The position numbers were made by a program, and so were the translations under genes. A stretch of 64,000 nucleotides of DNA from Salinispira sp. (GTDB taxonomy: Bacteria; Spirochaetota; Spirochaetia; DSM-27196; Salinispiraceae), in contig OZ271918.1 of the NCBI GenBank assembly GCA_965602015.1, positions 2,464,001 through 2,528,000 on the forward strand. The letters run 5' to 3'. Shown here piece by piece: positions 20,054-30,169 of the stretch. Each line of letters opens with the position of its first letter. Positions within the stretch are counted from its first letter, which is position 1. The notes under the pieces are model-generated. The model was not told the origin of the DNA. It was given only the letters and a program-made list of their open reading frames with translations, and ran no database searches.

Positions 20054-21238
20054 ATGAAAAAGGTTATGGCATTGGTTGCGCTTTTGATGCTGGTCGCGGG
20101 TGTGCTTTCGGCGCAGACCTCATTCGTCAGCGAAAGCGACCACTATCGGGTCCGTTCCCATATAAGCGAGGAGCATGCAGAAGAAACCGCAGTCCGTCTC
20201 GAAGCCCTCCTTTCCATGTTTAACGATTATTTTCATTTCGATCTGGACAATCTGGATTTCCAAATGCGGGTGCAGGTTTTTAACTCCTATACCCAGTATG
20301 ATCGCTACCTTACCAGGCTTATCGATGAAACCCGGGACGAGTTCGTTTACCTCCACTACAGCGACGCTTCCCGATCGGAACTGGTGGGAGCCCTGGAGGA
20401 AGGAGACGCATTTGACCAGAGCTTTACCCATCAGGCATTTATACAGTTTCTCCGGGCCTTCATAGACAATCCCCCCTTGTGGATTCGCGAAGGCTTTGCG
20501 GTGTACTTCGAAGAAGCCCAGTACGACGCGAACTTCGGCGCGGTGAATAACCGGGAAAATCTTTCGTGGCTCGAAACCCTGAAGGATATATTGTTCGGAG
20601 AGCGCTTTCCCGAAAGCCTGACCGCAGAACAGGTTCTGGCCACCGATGTGGAAATGGCCGTCAGCAATATTAACGTGTTTTATCCCCAGGCATGGGCGGT
20701 AATAAACTATCTGGTGAATACAGACAACCGGAGCCACAACCGGATTCTCTGGGACGCCATTTCCGCCATGGATCCCGAAGCCGACCTTATTGCCAACTCG
20801 GCGGAGGTATACGAATCGGCCTTCAAATGGGTGAACCAGGCGGAACTTCAAAACAGCTTCCTTGAATATTTTCAGGAAAAGAAGACCTATGCCGAACTCA
20901 TCGAAAGCGGTATCGCGGAGTACGACGCGGGCAATCTGGATGCCTCCGAGCAGCATTTTCTCGTCGCCATCAACCGCCGCGACATCAGCCACATCCCCCA
21001 TTACTATCTCGGCCTTATCAACTATGACCGGGGGAATTATACCCTGGCGGAACTGAATTACCGGACCGCACTGGAAATGGGAAGTACACCGGCCCTCACC
21101 TACTACGCCCTGGGGGTTAACGCCTTCGCCGACGACCGCTTTGAAGAGGCCGACGAGTATCTGCAGACCACCATTCAGCTCGACCCGGCGAACTTCACCG
21201 ACAAGGTGACCCAGATTCTCAACCGGATGGAAGGGTAA
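20054..21238 (+). CDS. Exported protein: peptidase-MA/DUF1570-like domain plus TPR repeats
   Basis: Signal peptide, PLWIREGFA.YFE, FYPQAWA...YL, C-terminal TPRs (HYYLGLINY, YYALGVNAF). Confidence 0.7.
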   Translation: MKKVMALVALLMLVAGVLSAQTSFVSESDHYRVRSHISEEHAEETAVRLEALLSMFNDYFHFDLDNLDFQMRVQVFNSYTQYDRYLTRLIDETRDEFVYLHYSDASRSELVGALEEGDAFDQSFTHQAFIQFLRAFIDNPPLWIREGFAVYFEEAQYDANFGAVNNRENLSWLETLKDILFGERFPESLTAEQVLATDVEMAVSNINVFYPQAWAVINYLVNTDNRSHNRILWDAISAMDPEADLIANSAEVYESAFKWVNQAELQNSFLEYFQEKKTYAELIESGIAEYDAGNLDASEQHFLVAINRRDISHIPHYYLGLINYDRGNYTLAELNYRTALEMGSTPALTYYALGVNAFADDRFEEADEYLQTTIQLDPANFTDKVTQILNRMEG

Positions 21239-21251
21239 GCGCAGCGCGCAC

Positions 21252-21287
21252 AAAAAAACAGCCTCGGTATAAGCCGAGGCTGTTTTT
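21252..21287. terminator. Bidirectional intrinsic terminator
   Basis: AAAAACAGCCTCGG-TATAAG-CCGAGGCTGTTTTT perfect 14-bp stem between convergent genes. Confidence 0.9.
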
Positions 21288-22476
21288 ATGTACCGGACTT
21301 CGCTCCGGTCTCGCCTTTTTCGTTTGACCCGGCGGCGTTCCCCGATGGTTTTTTTCTCCGCCTGGGGCGGCTACGCCGGCGGCGGTTTTTCTTTTGCCCC
21401 GATGCTATTTGCGATGAAGCCTCCTGCCGTTCGCGCATCAGACTCACCACAACCTCTTCGACGTCCCGGTTCGCCGGTACCATAGGCTTCAACAGTTCCT
21501 TTATTCCCTGGTAAACCTCGGGAAAATGTATCTTTTTATCATCCGCCCAGGGTCCGAGGCGGGTTACGTAATCCCGAACCAGCTGTTGTATCATCAGGCT
21601 CCGGGGGAGTTCGCGCCGGGAACTGAGCATTTCGTCTAGGGCACCCAGGTTTTCAAAGAATATGCTCCGGTTTTTATCCGGCGAGGGGTCACGGATAAGG
21701 GCGTCAAGTCCGGGCAGCACATAGCTCAGTACCTGGTACTCGTAGAATGCGGTAAAAATTTCCCGGGCATTGCCGCTTTCGAGGATTTTATAAAGCTCTT
21801 CGGTCAGCCGGGAGTATGAAACATCCGCAAGCAGAGGGGTTTGCAGCTTTATCTTTCGCTTGAGCAGAAAGCCGGGCTGGAGGCCGGTCTTGACTGAATA
21901 TTTCAAGGCCCGGATGATGCGGACCGGATCTTCAACGAAAATACGCTTGTGGGGAATCACCGCCCGCAGCCGTCCGGCGCGAATATCCTTGACCCCGCCG
22001 ACGAAATCCACAATCTGCTCCTTGACCGGATCGTAGTACAGGGCGTTCATGGAAAAATCCCGTCTGAGGGCATCCTCTTCAATTTCACCATAGACATTTT
22101 TGAAGCCCTTGGACTCAGCGCTGCGGAAGGTGCTGACTTCGATGATTTTCCGGTCCCGGAAAAAGATATGCACCAGGCGGAAGCGCTTGCCGATGACCCG
22201 GGAATTCCTGAAGAGCTTCCGGATTTTTGCAGGCTCGGCGCTGGTGCTGATATCGAAATCTTTGGGGCTCTTTCCGAGCAACAGATCCCGGACCGCACCG
22301 CCGACAATATAGGTCTCGAAACCCGCTTTTTGAAGTCGCTTGACGATTTTAACCGCGTCGTGGTCCAGCCTGGTTCGGTCGATGCGGTGTTCGTTTTTTG
22401 TGTAGACTGCCGCCTGTTCTATCAATTTCCCGTTGTCGGCGGTCTTGTAACGTTTAAGCAAATGGCTCTCCAACAA
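21286..22476 (-). CDS. pcnB: Poly(A) polymerase I
   Basis: VGGAVRDLLLG..PKDFD, the PAP signature IGKRFRLVHI, RRDF..NALYYD, EDPVRIIRA; Arg-rich C-terminal tail. Confidence 0.92.
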   Translation of the reverse strand: MLESHLLKRYKTADNGKLIEQAAVYTKNEHRIDRTRLDHDAVKIVKRLQKAGFETYIVGGAVRDLLLGKSPKDFDISTSAEPAKIRKLFRNSRVIGKRFRLVHIFFRDRKIIEVSTFRSAESKGFKNVYGEIEEDALRRDFSMNALYYDPVKEQIVDFVGGVKDIRAGRLRAVIPHKRIFVEDPVRIIRALKYSVKTGLQPGFLLKRKIKLQTPLLADVSYSRLTEELYKILESGNAREIFTAFYEYQVLSYVLPGLDALIRDPSPDKNRSIFFENLGALDEMLSSRRELPRSLMIQQLVRDYVTRLGPWADDKKIHFPEVYQGIKELLKPMVPANRDVEEVVVSLMRERQEASSQIASGQKKNRRRRSRPRRRKKPSGNAAGSNEKGETGAKSGT

Positions 22477-22518
22477 CTCCCTTGAACGGGAGTTTGAATA
22501 CTGCTACTGTCAGATTTC

Positions 22519-23640
22519 ATGAACTCGGATTGGATACCCCTGCTGAACCGATTGGGGAGTGCCGGAAAAGCATTTCTCTTTATTATAGATTTTGAAATGC
22601 GACACCCTCTGGTATTGCCCCTCGACACGATAGACGAGGAGTGGCTGCGCTACAGCTTTCGCGGGCACAGCAACAGTTTCGGTGAAGCGCAGGTAAATTC
22701 CGCGAATCGTATGCCCGATAGTATCCTGAACCCGAGTTTCATATCAAGTATCGAATATGAAAGGGCGTTCCGCCATGTTCGTCAGCAGCAGAGCCGGGGA
22801 AATTCCTTTCTCACCAATCTCACATTCCCCAGCGAGCTTCACCCCCGCATGCCCCTGAACCTGCGGGGTCTGTTCCCCCGCGTGAGCGCGCCGTACCGGC
22901 TGTGGATCGACTGGAGCCGGCTACGCAGCATAAGCGCGCCCAGCGGCCAGATCCTTCTACCCCATTCCGGGTCGCCCATTCCCGATGAAATTCTGGTGTT
23001 CAGTCCCGAGACCTTTATTCAAACCCACCACGGCAGAATGTACACCTATCCCATGAAGGGAACGTCCCTGGTTCGCCGGGGTGAAGATGGCGATGAAGCG
23101 ATTCGGCAGCTTTTGGCCGACAGCAAGGAGCGTGCGGAGCACGTCACAGTGGTTGACTTATTGAGAAATGACCTCGGCCGGGTGGGCTCGGATGTCTGCG
23201 TGGAGGACTTTCGCTACTGCGAGAGAATTCCCCTGCCGGACGGCGAGCTGCTGCAAATTTCCAGCAGGATCAGCGCAGCTTTAAAAGCCGACTGGCAAAG
23301 CAGCATAGGCGACATTCTTGCCCAGCTCATGCCTGCCGGTTCGGTGAGCGGCGCGCCAAAGCGGGAAACCTGCAAAATTATTTCAGAGGCCGAAGCCGCC
23401 GGTTCTCTGGCCGGCGGTGCCCTTCCCGGCGGGCGAGGATACTACAGCGGCATCGCCGCCCTGTATGATGGCTGGAACATCGATTCGGCGGTGCTCATTC
23501 GATTTATTGAGCAAAGAAATTCCCCGGCCGCTCCCCGCTGGTTTTTCCGCAGCGGGGGAGGCATTACCATATACAGCGATTGGGAAGCCGAGTACCGGGA
23601 ACTCCAGCACAAGGTTCGGCTTCCGGGAAAGACGGGATGA
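22519..23640 (+). CDS. pabB: Aminodeoxychorismate synthase component I (short form)
   Basis: FSPETF, TYPMKGT, KERAEH..VVDLLRNDL, PAGSVSGAPK, RGYYSG, DSAVLIRFIE, SGGGIT. Confidence 0.88.
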   Translation: MNSDWIPLLNRLGSAGKAFLFIIDFEMRHPLVLPLDTIDEEWLRYSFRGHSNSFGEAQVNSANRMPDSILNPSFISSIEYERAFRHVRQQQSRGNSFLTNLTFPSELHPRMPLNLRGLFPRVSAPYRLWIDWSRLRSISAPSGQILLPHSGSPIPDEILVFSPETFIQTHHGRMYTYPMKGTSLVRRGEDGDEAIRQLLADSKERAEHVTVVDLLRNDLGRVGSDVCVEDFRYCERIPLPDGELLQISSRISAALKADWQSSIGDILAQLMPAGSVSGAPKRETCKIISEAEAAGSLAGGALPGGRGYYSGIAALYDGWNIDSAVLIRFIEQRNSPAAPRWFFRSGGGITIYSDWEAEYRELQHKVRLPGKTG

Positions 23641-24398
23641 AGAAAAACGGTGCTTCGCCGATGAACCGCAGGCTTATTGAGACCATGCTGTGGAAACCCG
23701 ACGGGGGCATAGAGCTGCTTGAGGAGCACTATTCCCGTTTTTGCGGCAGTCTGCGCCGCTGCGGCATAACCGGCAAGGACATACCACGCGAGGCGGTCTT
23801 CGCCAGAGCCATAAGGGGCGCTGCGACGTCATTCCTGGCGAAGACCGAGGGCGGAAATGCCGGGAGCTCAGGAGGGCCTGACAGGCCGGACGATTCCTGT
23901 CTCCGGCTGAAATTGCTGTATGACCCCGACGGACCCCGCGAGGAGCTGCTCTGCGGCATCGAGGCCCAGCCCTTCGTTCAGCGCAGGATTCGCCGGGTTG
24001 GGAGGATTGATATTCCCGGCGCCGACTATTCGTTAAAATGGGAAAACCGGTCCCTGTTCACCGACCTGCACCGCCGCTTCCCCGGTTTTGATGAGATTAT
24101 CATTACCCGTTCAGGGGCGTTAAGCGACGGGACCTGGACCAATCTGTTCTACCTACCCGGACCGCCGGAATCCGGTGCTTCCCTGCCCTCCCGCCTTCAC
24201 CCCGCCGCCACTCCCGATTCACCGCTCTTGAAGGGAGCCCGGAGACAGCGCCTGTTACGCCAGGGAGAGCTCTACGAACGGCACCTGACCTGGGAGGAAA
24301 TCACCGGCACGCCGGGTGTTGTCGGATTTATCAATGCCCTGAATCCGCCCGGTGCTCTAGGATATGCCGCCCACGAGGACATTGTAGCGCTGAAATGA
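23637..24398 (+). CDS. pabC: Aminotransferase class IV / 4-amino-4-deoxychorismate lyase-like
   Basis: LIET...H..R, Y.LK..NR, DEIII..G.LSD...TNL, TP.SPLLKG.RR..LL. ATGA overlap with pabB. Confidence 0.75.
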   Translation: MKKNGASPMNRRLIETMLWKPDGGIELLEEHYSRFCGSLRRCGITGKDIPREAVFARAIRGAATSFLAKTEGGNAGSSGGPDRPDDSCLRLKLLYDPDGPREELLCGIEAQPFVQRRIRRVGRIDIPGADYSLKWENRSLFTDLHRRFPGFDEIIITRSGALSDGTWTNLFYLPGPPESGASLPSRLHPAATPDSPLLKGARRQRLLRQGELYERHLTWEEITGTPGVVGFINALNPPGALGYAAHEDIVALK

Positions 24399-24484
24399 TG
24401 GGGCTGACGGAGTATTTGATTGCGGCCCCTCGGGGATTTCCCAATTATATGTACAAAACATAAGTCATTGAGTAGACTCGGTCC

Positions 24485-25822
24485 ATGGCAAAGGTAATTC
24501 AACCAAAGGTATTAAAAGGATTCAGGGACATTCTGCCCGATGCGGAAATTCGCCGCCGGGGCATTATACGGACCATCGAGGACAGCTGCCGGCGCTTCGG
24601 CTTTGTTCCCATCGATACCCCTGTGCTGGAATACAGCGAAGTCCTGTTGGGCAAGGGCGGAGGCGAAACCGACAAGCAGGTCTACCGCTTCGACGACAAC
24701 GGCGGACGGGACGTGGCGATGCGCTTCGACCTCACCGTCCCCCTCGCGCGGTTTATGGGCGCCCACGTAAACGAACTCTACCTCCCATTCAAGCGCTATC
24801 ACTTCGCCAAAGTCTGGCGGGGTGAAAATACCCAGCGGGGCCGCTACCGCGAGTTTATGCAATGCGATTTTGACATCGTCGGCGTGGACAGCCCCGCCAG
24901 CGACCTGGAAATCCTCCAGCTCATGTACGGCAACTTTGCGGCATTGGGAATTACCGAAGTTACCTTCCGCCTGAGCCATCGAGGGCTGTTCAACCGTTTT
25001 CTTTCGGTGATCGGCGCTGAAAAAAGCAGCGAGGCGATTCTGCGGGCCGTCGATAAGCTGGCGAAGGTCGGAAGAGACGCCACCAGGGACGCCCTTGCCG
25101 AGGCCGCCGGCGCTGAAGCGGCGGATAAAATCCTCGAATACATCCTCATGAAGGAAGACAACAAGGCCACCCTGTTAAACATGGAAGAGCTGGCCGGTGG
25201 ACCCTGCGCCGAGAGCGCGCGGCTGAGAACACTCCTGGACCTGGCAGCGGAGCTGGATATTGATAATCGCTTCCTCATAGACCCCGCCATTACCCGGGGG
25301 CTTGATTACTACACCGGCATCGTATACGAAACCTTCCTGGACGAACTGCCGGATATCGGTTCGGTATGTTCCGGCGGGCGCTACAACGATCTGGCAAGCC
25401 TGTACACCAAGACCGAGCTTCCCGGGGTCGGATCGGCCATCGGACTGGACCGGCTTATTGCCGCCCTTGAGGAGCTCGAACAGCGCCGGGCAAAAACCAG
25501 TGACGCTCCGGGCTCGGCGACCCGCGGAAGCGACGTCCTCATTTTAATGCTCGATGAAAAGTTTCTCGGCCGCTACGCCCGGATTGCCCAGGAGTTCCGC
25601 CGGGCGGGTTTTAGCGCTGAGGTATTTCCCAGCGAAAAAAAAATCGGTCAGCAGTTTAGCTATGCGGAAAAAAAGGGCATTCCGCTGGGGATAATCGCCG
25701 GCGAGACGGAATTCGCATCGGGCACGGTAAATTACAAAAACCTCGTTAGCCGAAGCGCAAGCGAAGGTGTTACACTTGAAGCAGCGATAAAACGTGCGGC
25801 GGAGGATCTCCGGGATTTCTAA
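24485..25822 (+). CDS. hisS: Histidine--tRNA ligase
   Basis: KGFRD, MRFDLTVPLAR, WRGEN.QRGRYREF.QCDFD, RGLDYYTG, GGRY. Confidence 0.97.
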   Translation: MAKVIQPKVLKGFRDILPDAEIRRRGIIRTIEDSCRRFGFVPIDTPVLEYSEVLLGKGGGETDKQVYRFDDNGGRDVAMRFDLTVPLARFMGAHVNELYLPFKRYHFAKVWRGENTQRGRYREFMQCDFDIVGVDSPASDLEILQLMYGNFAALGITEVTFRLSHRGLFNRFLSVIGAEKSSEAILRAVDKLAKVGRDATRDALAEAAGAEAADKILEYILMKEDNKATLLNMEELAGGPCAESARLRTLLDLAAELDIDNRFLIDPAITRGLDYYTGIVYETFLDELPDIGSVCSGGRYNDLASLYTKTELPGVGSAIGLDRLIAALEELEQRRAKTSDAPGSATRGSDVLILMLDEKFLGRYARIAQEFRRAGFSAEVFPSEKKIGQQFSYAEKKGIPLGIIAGETEFASGTVNYKNLVSRSASEGVTLEAAIKRAAEDLRDF

Positions 25823-25861
25823 AGAACCGGGAGGCCCCGTCTTGAGCCAACAGGATGAGCA

Positions 25862-28525
25862 ATGGATCCCAGAAAACTCCCGGTTTATGATCAGCGCAGC
25901 AAAATACTCGATCACCTGGCGGAAAACCAGGTAATCGTCGTTGAAAGCCCCACGGGCAGCGGAAAAACCACCCAGCTTCCCATTATCCTCCACGAAGCCG
26001 GGTATGAAAAACAGGGCGTCATAGGAATAACCCAACCCCGGCGTATCGCCGCGGTGAGCGTGGCGGACTACATCCGCAATCAGCTTGCCGACGAACTTGG
26101 CGAAGCCGCCGGGGAATACGCCGGTTTTAAGATGAGATTCTTCGACGAAACCACCGAAAAAACCCGAATAAAGATTATGACCGACGGCATCCTGCTTCAG
26201 GAGATGAAGGCCGACCCCCTCTTGAGCAGGTACTCGGTAATAATGGTTGACGAAGCCCACGAACGCAGCCTCAATATCGATTTTATTCTGGGTCTGCTCA
26301 AGCGCTGCATCGAAGTCCGCCGCGATCTTAAAATCATCATATCTTCTGCCACCATCAACGCGGAGGTATTCTCAGAATATTTCAACGGAGCTCCGGTGGT
26401 GCGCATCGACACCGAAACCTTTCCGGTGACTACGGTCTATGCCCCTCCCGCCGTTGCCAACGACCCGGAGGTGTTGGTCGACAAGATTGTCGATCTGGTG
26501 GGCCACGTACTCGATGAAAAGCGGGAGGGAGATATGCTGATCTTCCTCTCGGGCGAAAAAATCATAAAGGACACCATCTCGGCGCTCTATTCCCAGCCCT
26601 ACCGGAAAAAGCTCTATCTGTTGCCCTTGTACGGCAGACTGAGCAAGGAAGAACAGGACGAAGTATTTCCCCCTCCCCCGGAGGGAAAGCACAAGGTAGT
26701 GGTTGCGACCAATATCGCCGAAACCAGCATCACCATCGACGGAATCACCACGGTTATGGACTCGGGCCTGGCAAAAATGAACTTTTACAACCCCAGGACC
26801 TACACCTCGAGCCTCATCGAAAAACCCATATCCCGGGCGTCGGCCAACCAGCGGAAGGGCCGGGCCGGGCGTACCCGGCCCGGTACGGTTTACCGGCTGT
26901 ATCAACGGGAAGATTTTGATCACCGGCCGCTTTTCAGTCAGGAAGAAATATACCGCACCGACCTCTCGGAGGTGGTGCTCCGCATGGCCGAGCTGGGGAT
27001 TCGGGATTTTGAGAGCTTCGACTTCATTTCTTCCCCGGGCAAAGCGGGAATCGCCTCGGCAATAGAGACCCTGATGCTGCTGGATGCCCTGACCGAGGAA
27101 AACGAGCTGTCGGAAATCGGAAAGTACATGGCGCGCTTTCCCCTGCTGCCCCGTCACAGCAGGATGATCGTCGAAGCGATGCTCAAGTACCCTGAAGTGA
27201 TGGACGAGGTGCTCATCGCCACCAGCTTTCTTACAACCAGCAATCCCTTCCTGCTCCCCCAGGGAGAGGAAACCGAAGCCCGCAACGCCCATCACAATTT
27301 CAGGGACAAGGCGGGAGATTTTGTCTCCTACCTGAGGCTGTACCACGCGTTCCTGGACAGCACAAAAAAGGAGAAGTTCTGTCAGCGTTACTATCTCGAT
27401 TATCAGATTATGAACGAGATTGTGAATGTTAAGCAGCAGCTGACGGAAATCGTCGGCGAAATCGGAATGCCCGTCAGCGCCGTCGGCCTCCCCCTCAGGG
27501 GCGAAATGCTCGCACAGTACATCTGCGCCCTGGCAAAGGGCCTCATTCAGTTTATTTGCGTCCGTACCGGGAGGTCGAGCTACCGCAGCCTCACCGCGGA
27601 AAAAATCGACATCCACCCGGGCTCGGTTATGTTCCGGGAGAGCCCGGATTACATTGTGGCCGGTGAAATCGTGAAAACAAGCAGAACCTTTGCACGAAGC
27701 GTCAGTCCCATCCTGCCGGAATGGCTTCCGAGAATTTCAAAGGCGGTGAGCCGGCACCTCACGGACAAGCACCGGGGCGGGAAACAGGGCCGGTCCTCCA
27801 GGAAGCTGGAAAGGGAACTGGGGAGCGAAGGCCCTGGCAGGGGAAAATCCTCAAGCCGGGCTGCCGGCGAATCCGCCTACCAGCCGGCCGGCTCCCCTGC
27901 GGCCGGTTCACCGGGTCGGGACTCCAGCTGGCAAATCAGCATCGGAGGGCAGATATTCGAACTCAAGCCCTACAAGGGCAAAAAGAAAATACTCCAGCTG
28001 AGCTGGCGGGAGCTCTCCTCTCTTGCGCAGAAAAAACACCTGGAACTCATCCCCCAGTATCAGGATATCCGGGTTCAGATCACCTGGCAGAACGCATTTT
28101 TCCTAAAAAACGAACGCCTGGGGCGGGCGATCAAAATCGCCAGGCTTATCAGCCCTGAGCTGGACAGCCAAAGCAGTTGGCCCCAGCACGGCAAGTTCAG
28201 CCCATGGGAAAATCCCGATGAGCTCGCGGCGGCCCTGGGCATCCTGATGAAACTCGCCGTCGGGAAAAAGAAAAAACAGGAACTGAGTTTTATAACCCTT
28301 TACACCGATAATCAGGGACTGTTCTGGGTGAGACCGGTGGCGTCCTTTGCGAATGCGGTTACCGAAAGCCTGGCAAGCCTGGACTCCCTGATTGACGACG
28401 TGGTCGCCCTGGAGGCCGTGAGGGACCAGGGCGGCGGCGACACCCTGCCGCCGGGTTTGCCGGAATTGAAGGAAATCACCGGAAAGCAATACCGCAGGCT
28501 CTCGGACATGCTTGAAAAGGTGTGA
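25862..28525 (+). CDS. hrpA: DEAH-box ATP-dependent RNA helicase, HrpA family
   Basis: PTGSGKTTQLP, TQPRRIAA, DEAHERS, SAT, ATNIAETSITI, QRKGRAGR. Confidence 0.92.
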   Translation: MDPRKLPVYDQRSKILDHLAENQVIVVESPTGSGKTTQLPIILHEAGYEKQGVIGITQPRRIAAVSVADYIRNQLADELGEAAGEYAGFKMRFFDETTEKTRIKIMTDGILLQEMKADPLLSRYSVIMVDEAHERSLNIDFILGLLKRCIEVRRDLKIIISSATINAEVFSEYFNGAPVVRIDTETFPVTTVYAPPAVANDPEVLVDKIVDLVGHVLDEKREGDMLIFLSGEKIIKDTISALYSQPYRKKLYLLPLYGRLSKEEQDEVFPPPPEGKHKVVVATNIAETSITIDGITTVMDSGLAKMNFYNPRTYTSSLIEKPISRASANQRKGRAGRTRPGTVYRLYQREDFDHRPLFSQEEIYRTDLSEVVLRMAELGIRDFESFDFISSPGKAGIASAIETLMLLDALTEENELSEIGKYMARFPLLPRHSRMIVEAMLKYPEVMDEVLIATSFLTTSNPFLLPQGEETEARNAHHNFRDKAGDFVSYLRLYHAFLDSTKKEKFCQRYYLDYQIMNEIVNVKQQLTEIVGEIGMPVSAVGLPLRGEMLAQYICALAKGLIQFICVRTGRSSYRSLTAEKIDIHPGSVMFRESPDYIVAGEIVKTSRTFARSVSPILPEWLPRISKAVSRHLTDKHRGGKQGRSSRKLERELGSEGPGRGKSSSRAAGESAYQPAGSPAAGSPGRDSSWQISIGGQIFELKPYKGKKKILQLSWRELSSLAQKKHLELIPQYQDIRVQITWQNAFFLKNERLGRAIKIARLISPELDSQSSWPQHGKFSPWENPDELAAALGILMKLAVGKKKKQELSFITLYTDNQGLFWVRPVASFANAVTESLASLDSLIDDVVALEAVRDQGGGDTLPPGLPELKEITGKQYRRLSDMLEKV

Positions 28526-29253
28526 CAGTGAGAGGTGCAGCCCGACGGATATGCAGGCATGTTTTGCTGCCGGTTCTCGCCGCGGGCCTCATTGCTGGGG
28601 CAGGCGGGGTTGGGGCACAGCCCCTCTCCGGCGCTGAGGGACAGACAGCCCTGGCACGAGCACAGGCGGTCAGGGAGGCTGAAGCCATATTCGCTCAAAC
28701 TCAGGCTGAGCGGGAAAACCTGTCCCGCTCACGCCAGATAGCCCGCTATGAACGGGGATTGATGCTGATTGAACAGGTGCTGTCCGCCGACACAAAAAAC
28801 GCCCACGCCTGGTATCTGCGGGCGCTGCTCTCCGGTGCCCGAGGAGAGGTCAGGGGTCTGTTGGCCGCCGCAGGAGAAGTGCCGGGAATTATTGAGGCGC
28901 TTGAGCGCTGCATCAGCCTTGACCAGCGGCATGTGGACGCCTGGGCGACCCTGTCGAGGGTGCATACAGCCCTTCCGACTCTTCTGGGGGGCGATAAAGA
29001 CCGGGCGGTTGAAGCAGCGCGCCAGGCCCAGACCCTTTTGGAAAGCCGCCGGGATGCTGCAGGGCAGCCCGGGCATAATAATATTGAGCTAATCACCCTG
29101 AGGGCAGTTCTGGCCCGCGCCTTGTGGGTGCGCAATGACCGCGGGGACAGAAGCGAAGCCCGCCGAATTACCGGGGAAATTCGTGCTTCAGCAGAGCAGA
29201 ACCGCATTACCCTCCCCGACCGGGTGGCGGACGATCTGGCAGCCGTGCGCTAA
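28522..29253 (+). CDS. Exported TPR-like protein
   Basis: GTG start overlapping the hrpA stop, signal peptide, helical repeats (AWYLRA, LERCISLD, LP.LLGGDKDRA). Confidence 0.65.
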   Translation: MTVRGAARRICRHVLLPVLAAGLIAGAGGVGAQPLSGAEGQTALARAQAVREAEAIFAQTQAERENLSRSRQIARYERGLMLIEQVLSADTKNAHAWYLRALLSGARGEVRGLLAAAGEVPGIIEALERCISLDQRHVDAWATLSRVHTALPTLLGGDKDRAVEAARQAQTLLESRRDAAGQPGHNNIELITLRAVLARALWVRNDRGDRSEARRITGEIRASAEQNRITLPDRVADDLAAVR

Positions 29254-29545
29254 AGACGCCTTACATGACCTTAGGCATTCCGCCTCACAAGGAGCTTATC
29301 GGCGCAGCTTTGTAAGCGCCGAGTGGGATAAAACATTTTTTAGGATAGGATACAACCTCTTCAGCAAGTCCATTAGCGGCTACGCCGCACTCCTGGTGAC
29401 CTTAATAATTGCTCTCGTTAGCGACACGATTATCGAAGTTAACTCAAAATCCAGATACTAAAGCACAAGAAGTAATCTTCTGTTATTATCATCTTCGTGC
29501 ATCGAGGGGCAGGGATGGATGGGATTTCTATAGAGCATGTGGCTG

Positions 29546-29560
29546 AAGATAGTGTATCTT
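29546..29560. promoter_or_regulatory. Palindrome upstream of the TA operon (putative autoregulatory operator)
   Basis: AAGATA-GTG-TATCTT, 20 nt upstream of the antitoxin ATG. Confidence 0.45.
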
Positions 29561-29580
29561 AATCATAAAGGTGAGATCAA

Positions 29581-29811
29581 ATGAACGAAAGAATCGAAAT
29601 AAACCCTGTCATTTGCCATGGGAAACCGGTCATACGGGGAACACGTGTTCTCGTTTCAAATATTCTAGGCGAATTAGCCAGTGGTGCCGTTTTCGATGCA
29701 GTTATTGAGATTTATCCAAATATCAATGTAGAAGATATTCTTGCTGCACTTGAATTTTCCAGTGAACTTACGCAATTTGATACCATTTCTTATCAAGACT
29801 TGGCAGTATGA
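29581..29811 (+). CDS. DUF433-family putative antitoxin
   Basis: RIEINP.ICHGKPVIRGTRV.V..IL...YP.I..EDI.AAL is the typical DUF433 pattern; 76 aa. Confidence 0.92.
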   Translation: MNERIEINPVICHGKPVIRGTRVLVSNILGELASGAVFDAVIEIYPNINVEDILAALEFSSELTQFDTISYQDLAV

Positions 29812-30161
29812 AGTTTTTTCTTCATGAGAATTTTCCCAAATCAGCTATTCAGTTCCTGAATGAGCGAGGGCATAAATCCTTCGATATTCGTGGGACAGAG
29901 AATGAAGGCCTTGATGATTTCTCTATCTTTCAACTGGCGAAGGAAAAGTCAGCAATTTTCCTCACTTGTGACCGGGACTTTTTTCATACCATCCACCTGA
30001 CTGAAAAACCGCATTATGGAATCATTGTCATAACTCTTCGAAAGCCAAATGGAAAGGCTATAATCGATAAGCTGCTGTGGGTCATGGATCGCCTTGACCA
30101 TTTCAGCTTTACTGACGAATGCATTCTCTTGACAGATAATAATTGCACCATTTATCGCTAA
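29808..30161 (+). CDS. DUF5615 PIN-like (VapC45-like) putative toxin
   Basis: MKFFL(H)EN.P, G.DD..I..LA, LTCDRDF, GII motifs. ATGA overlap with the DUF433 gene. Confidence 0.88.
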   Translation: MKFFLHENFPKSAIQFLNERGHKSFDIRGTENEGLDDFSIFQLAKEKSAIFLTCDRDFFHTIHLTEKPHYGIIVITLRKPNGKAIIDKLLWVMDRLDHFSFTDECILLTDNNCTIYR

Positions 30162-30169
30162 CAGAAAGC

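Noticed and set aside
20120..21253. Long antisense ORFs (also 26372-27616, 38379-40001, 49294-50601)
   Set aside because: Shadows of well-supported genes on the opposite strand in GC-rich, codon-biased DNA; no motifs.
29135..29461. 108-aa ORF overlapping the TPR gene end
   Set aside because: No SD, overlaps a real gene out of frame, and no family recognisable apart from the short HDLRH motif reported separately.
29514..29536. Partial similarity of spacer 2 to the TA promoter (shared TTTCTATA core), suggesting CreA-like self-repression
   Set aside because: Only an 8-nt exact core, needs gaps, no 5' seed match or TTC PAM, and the same 8-mer recurs near 31800; indistinguishable from chance by eye.
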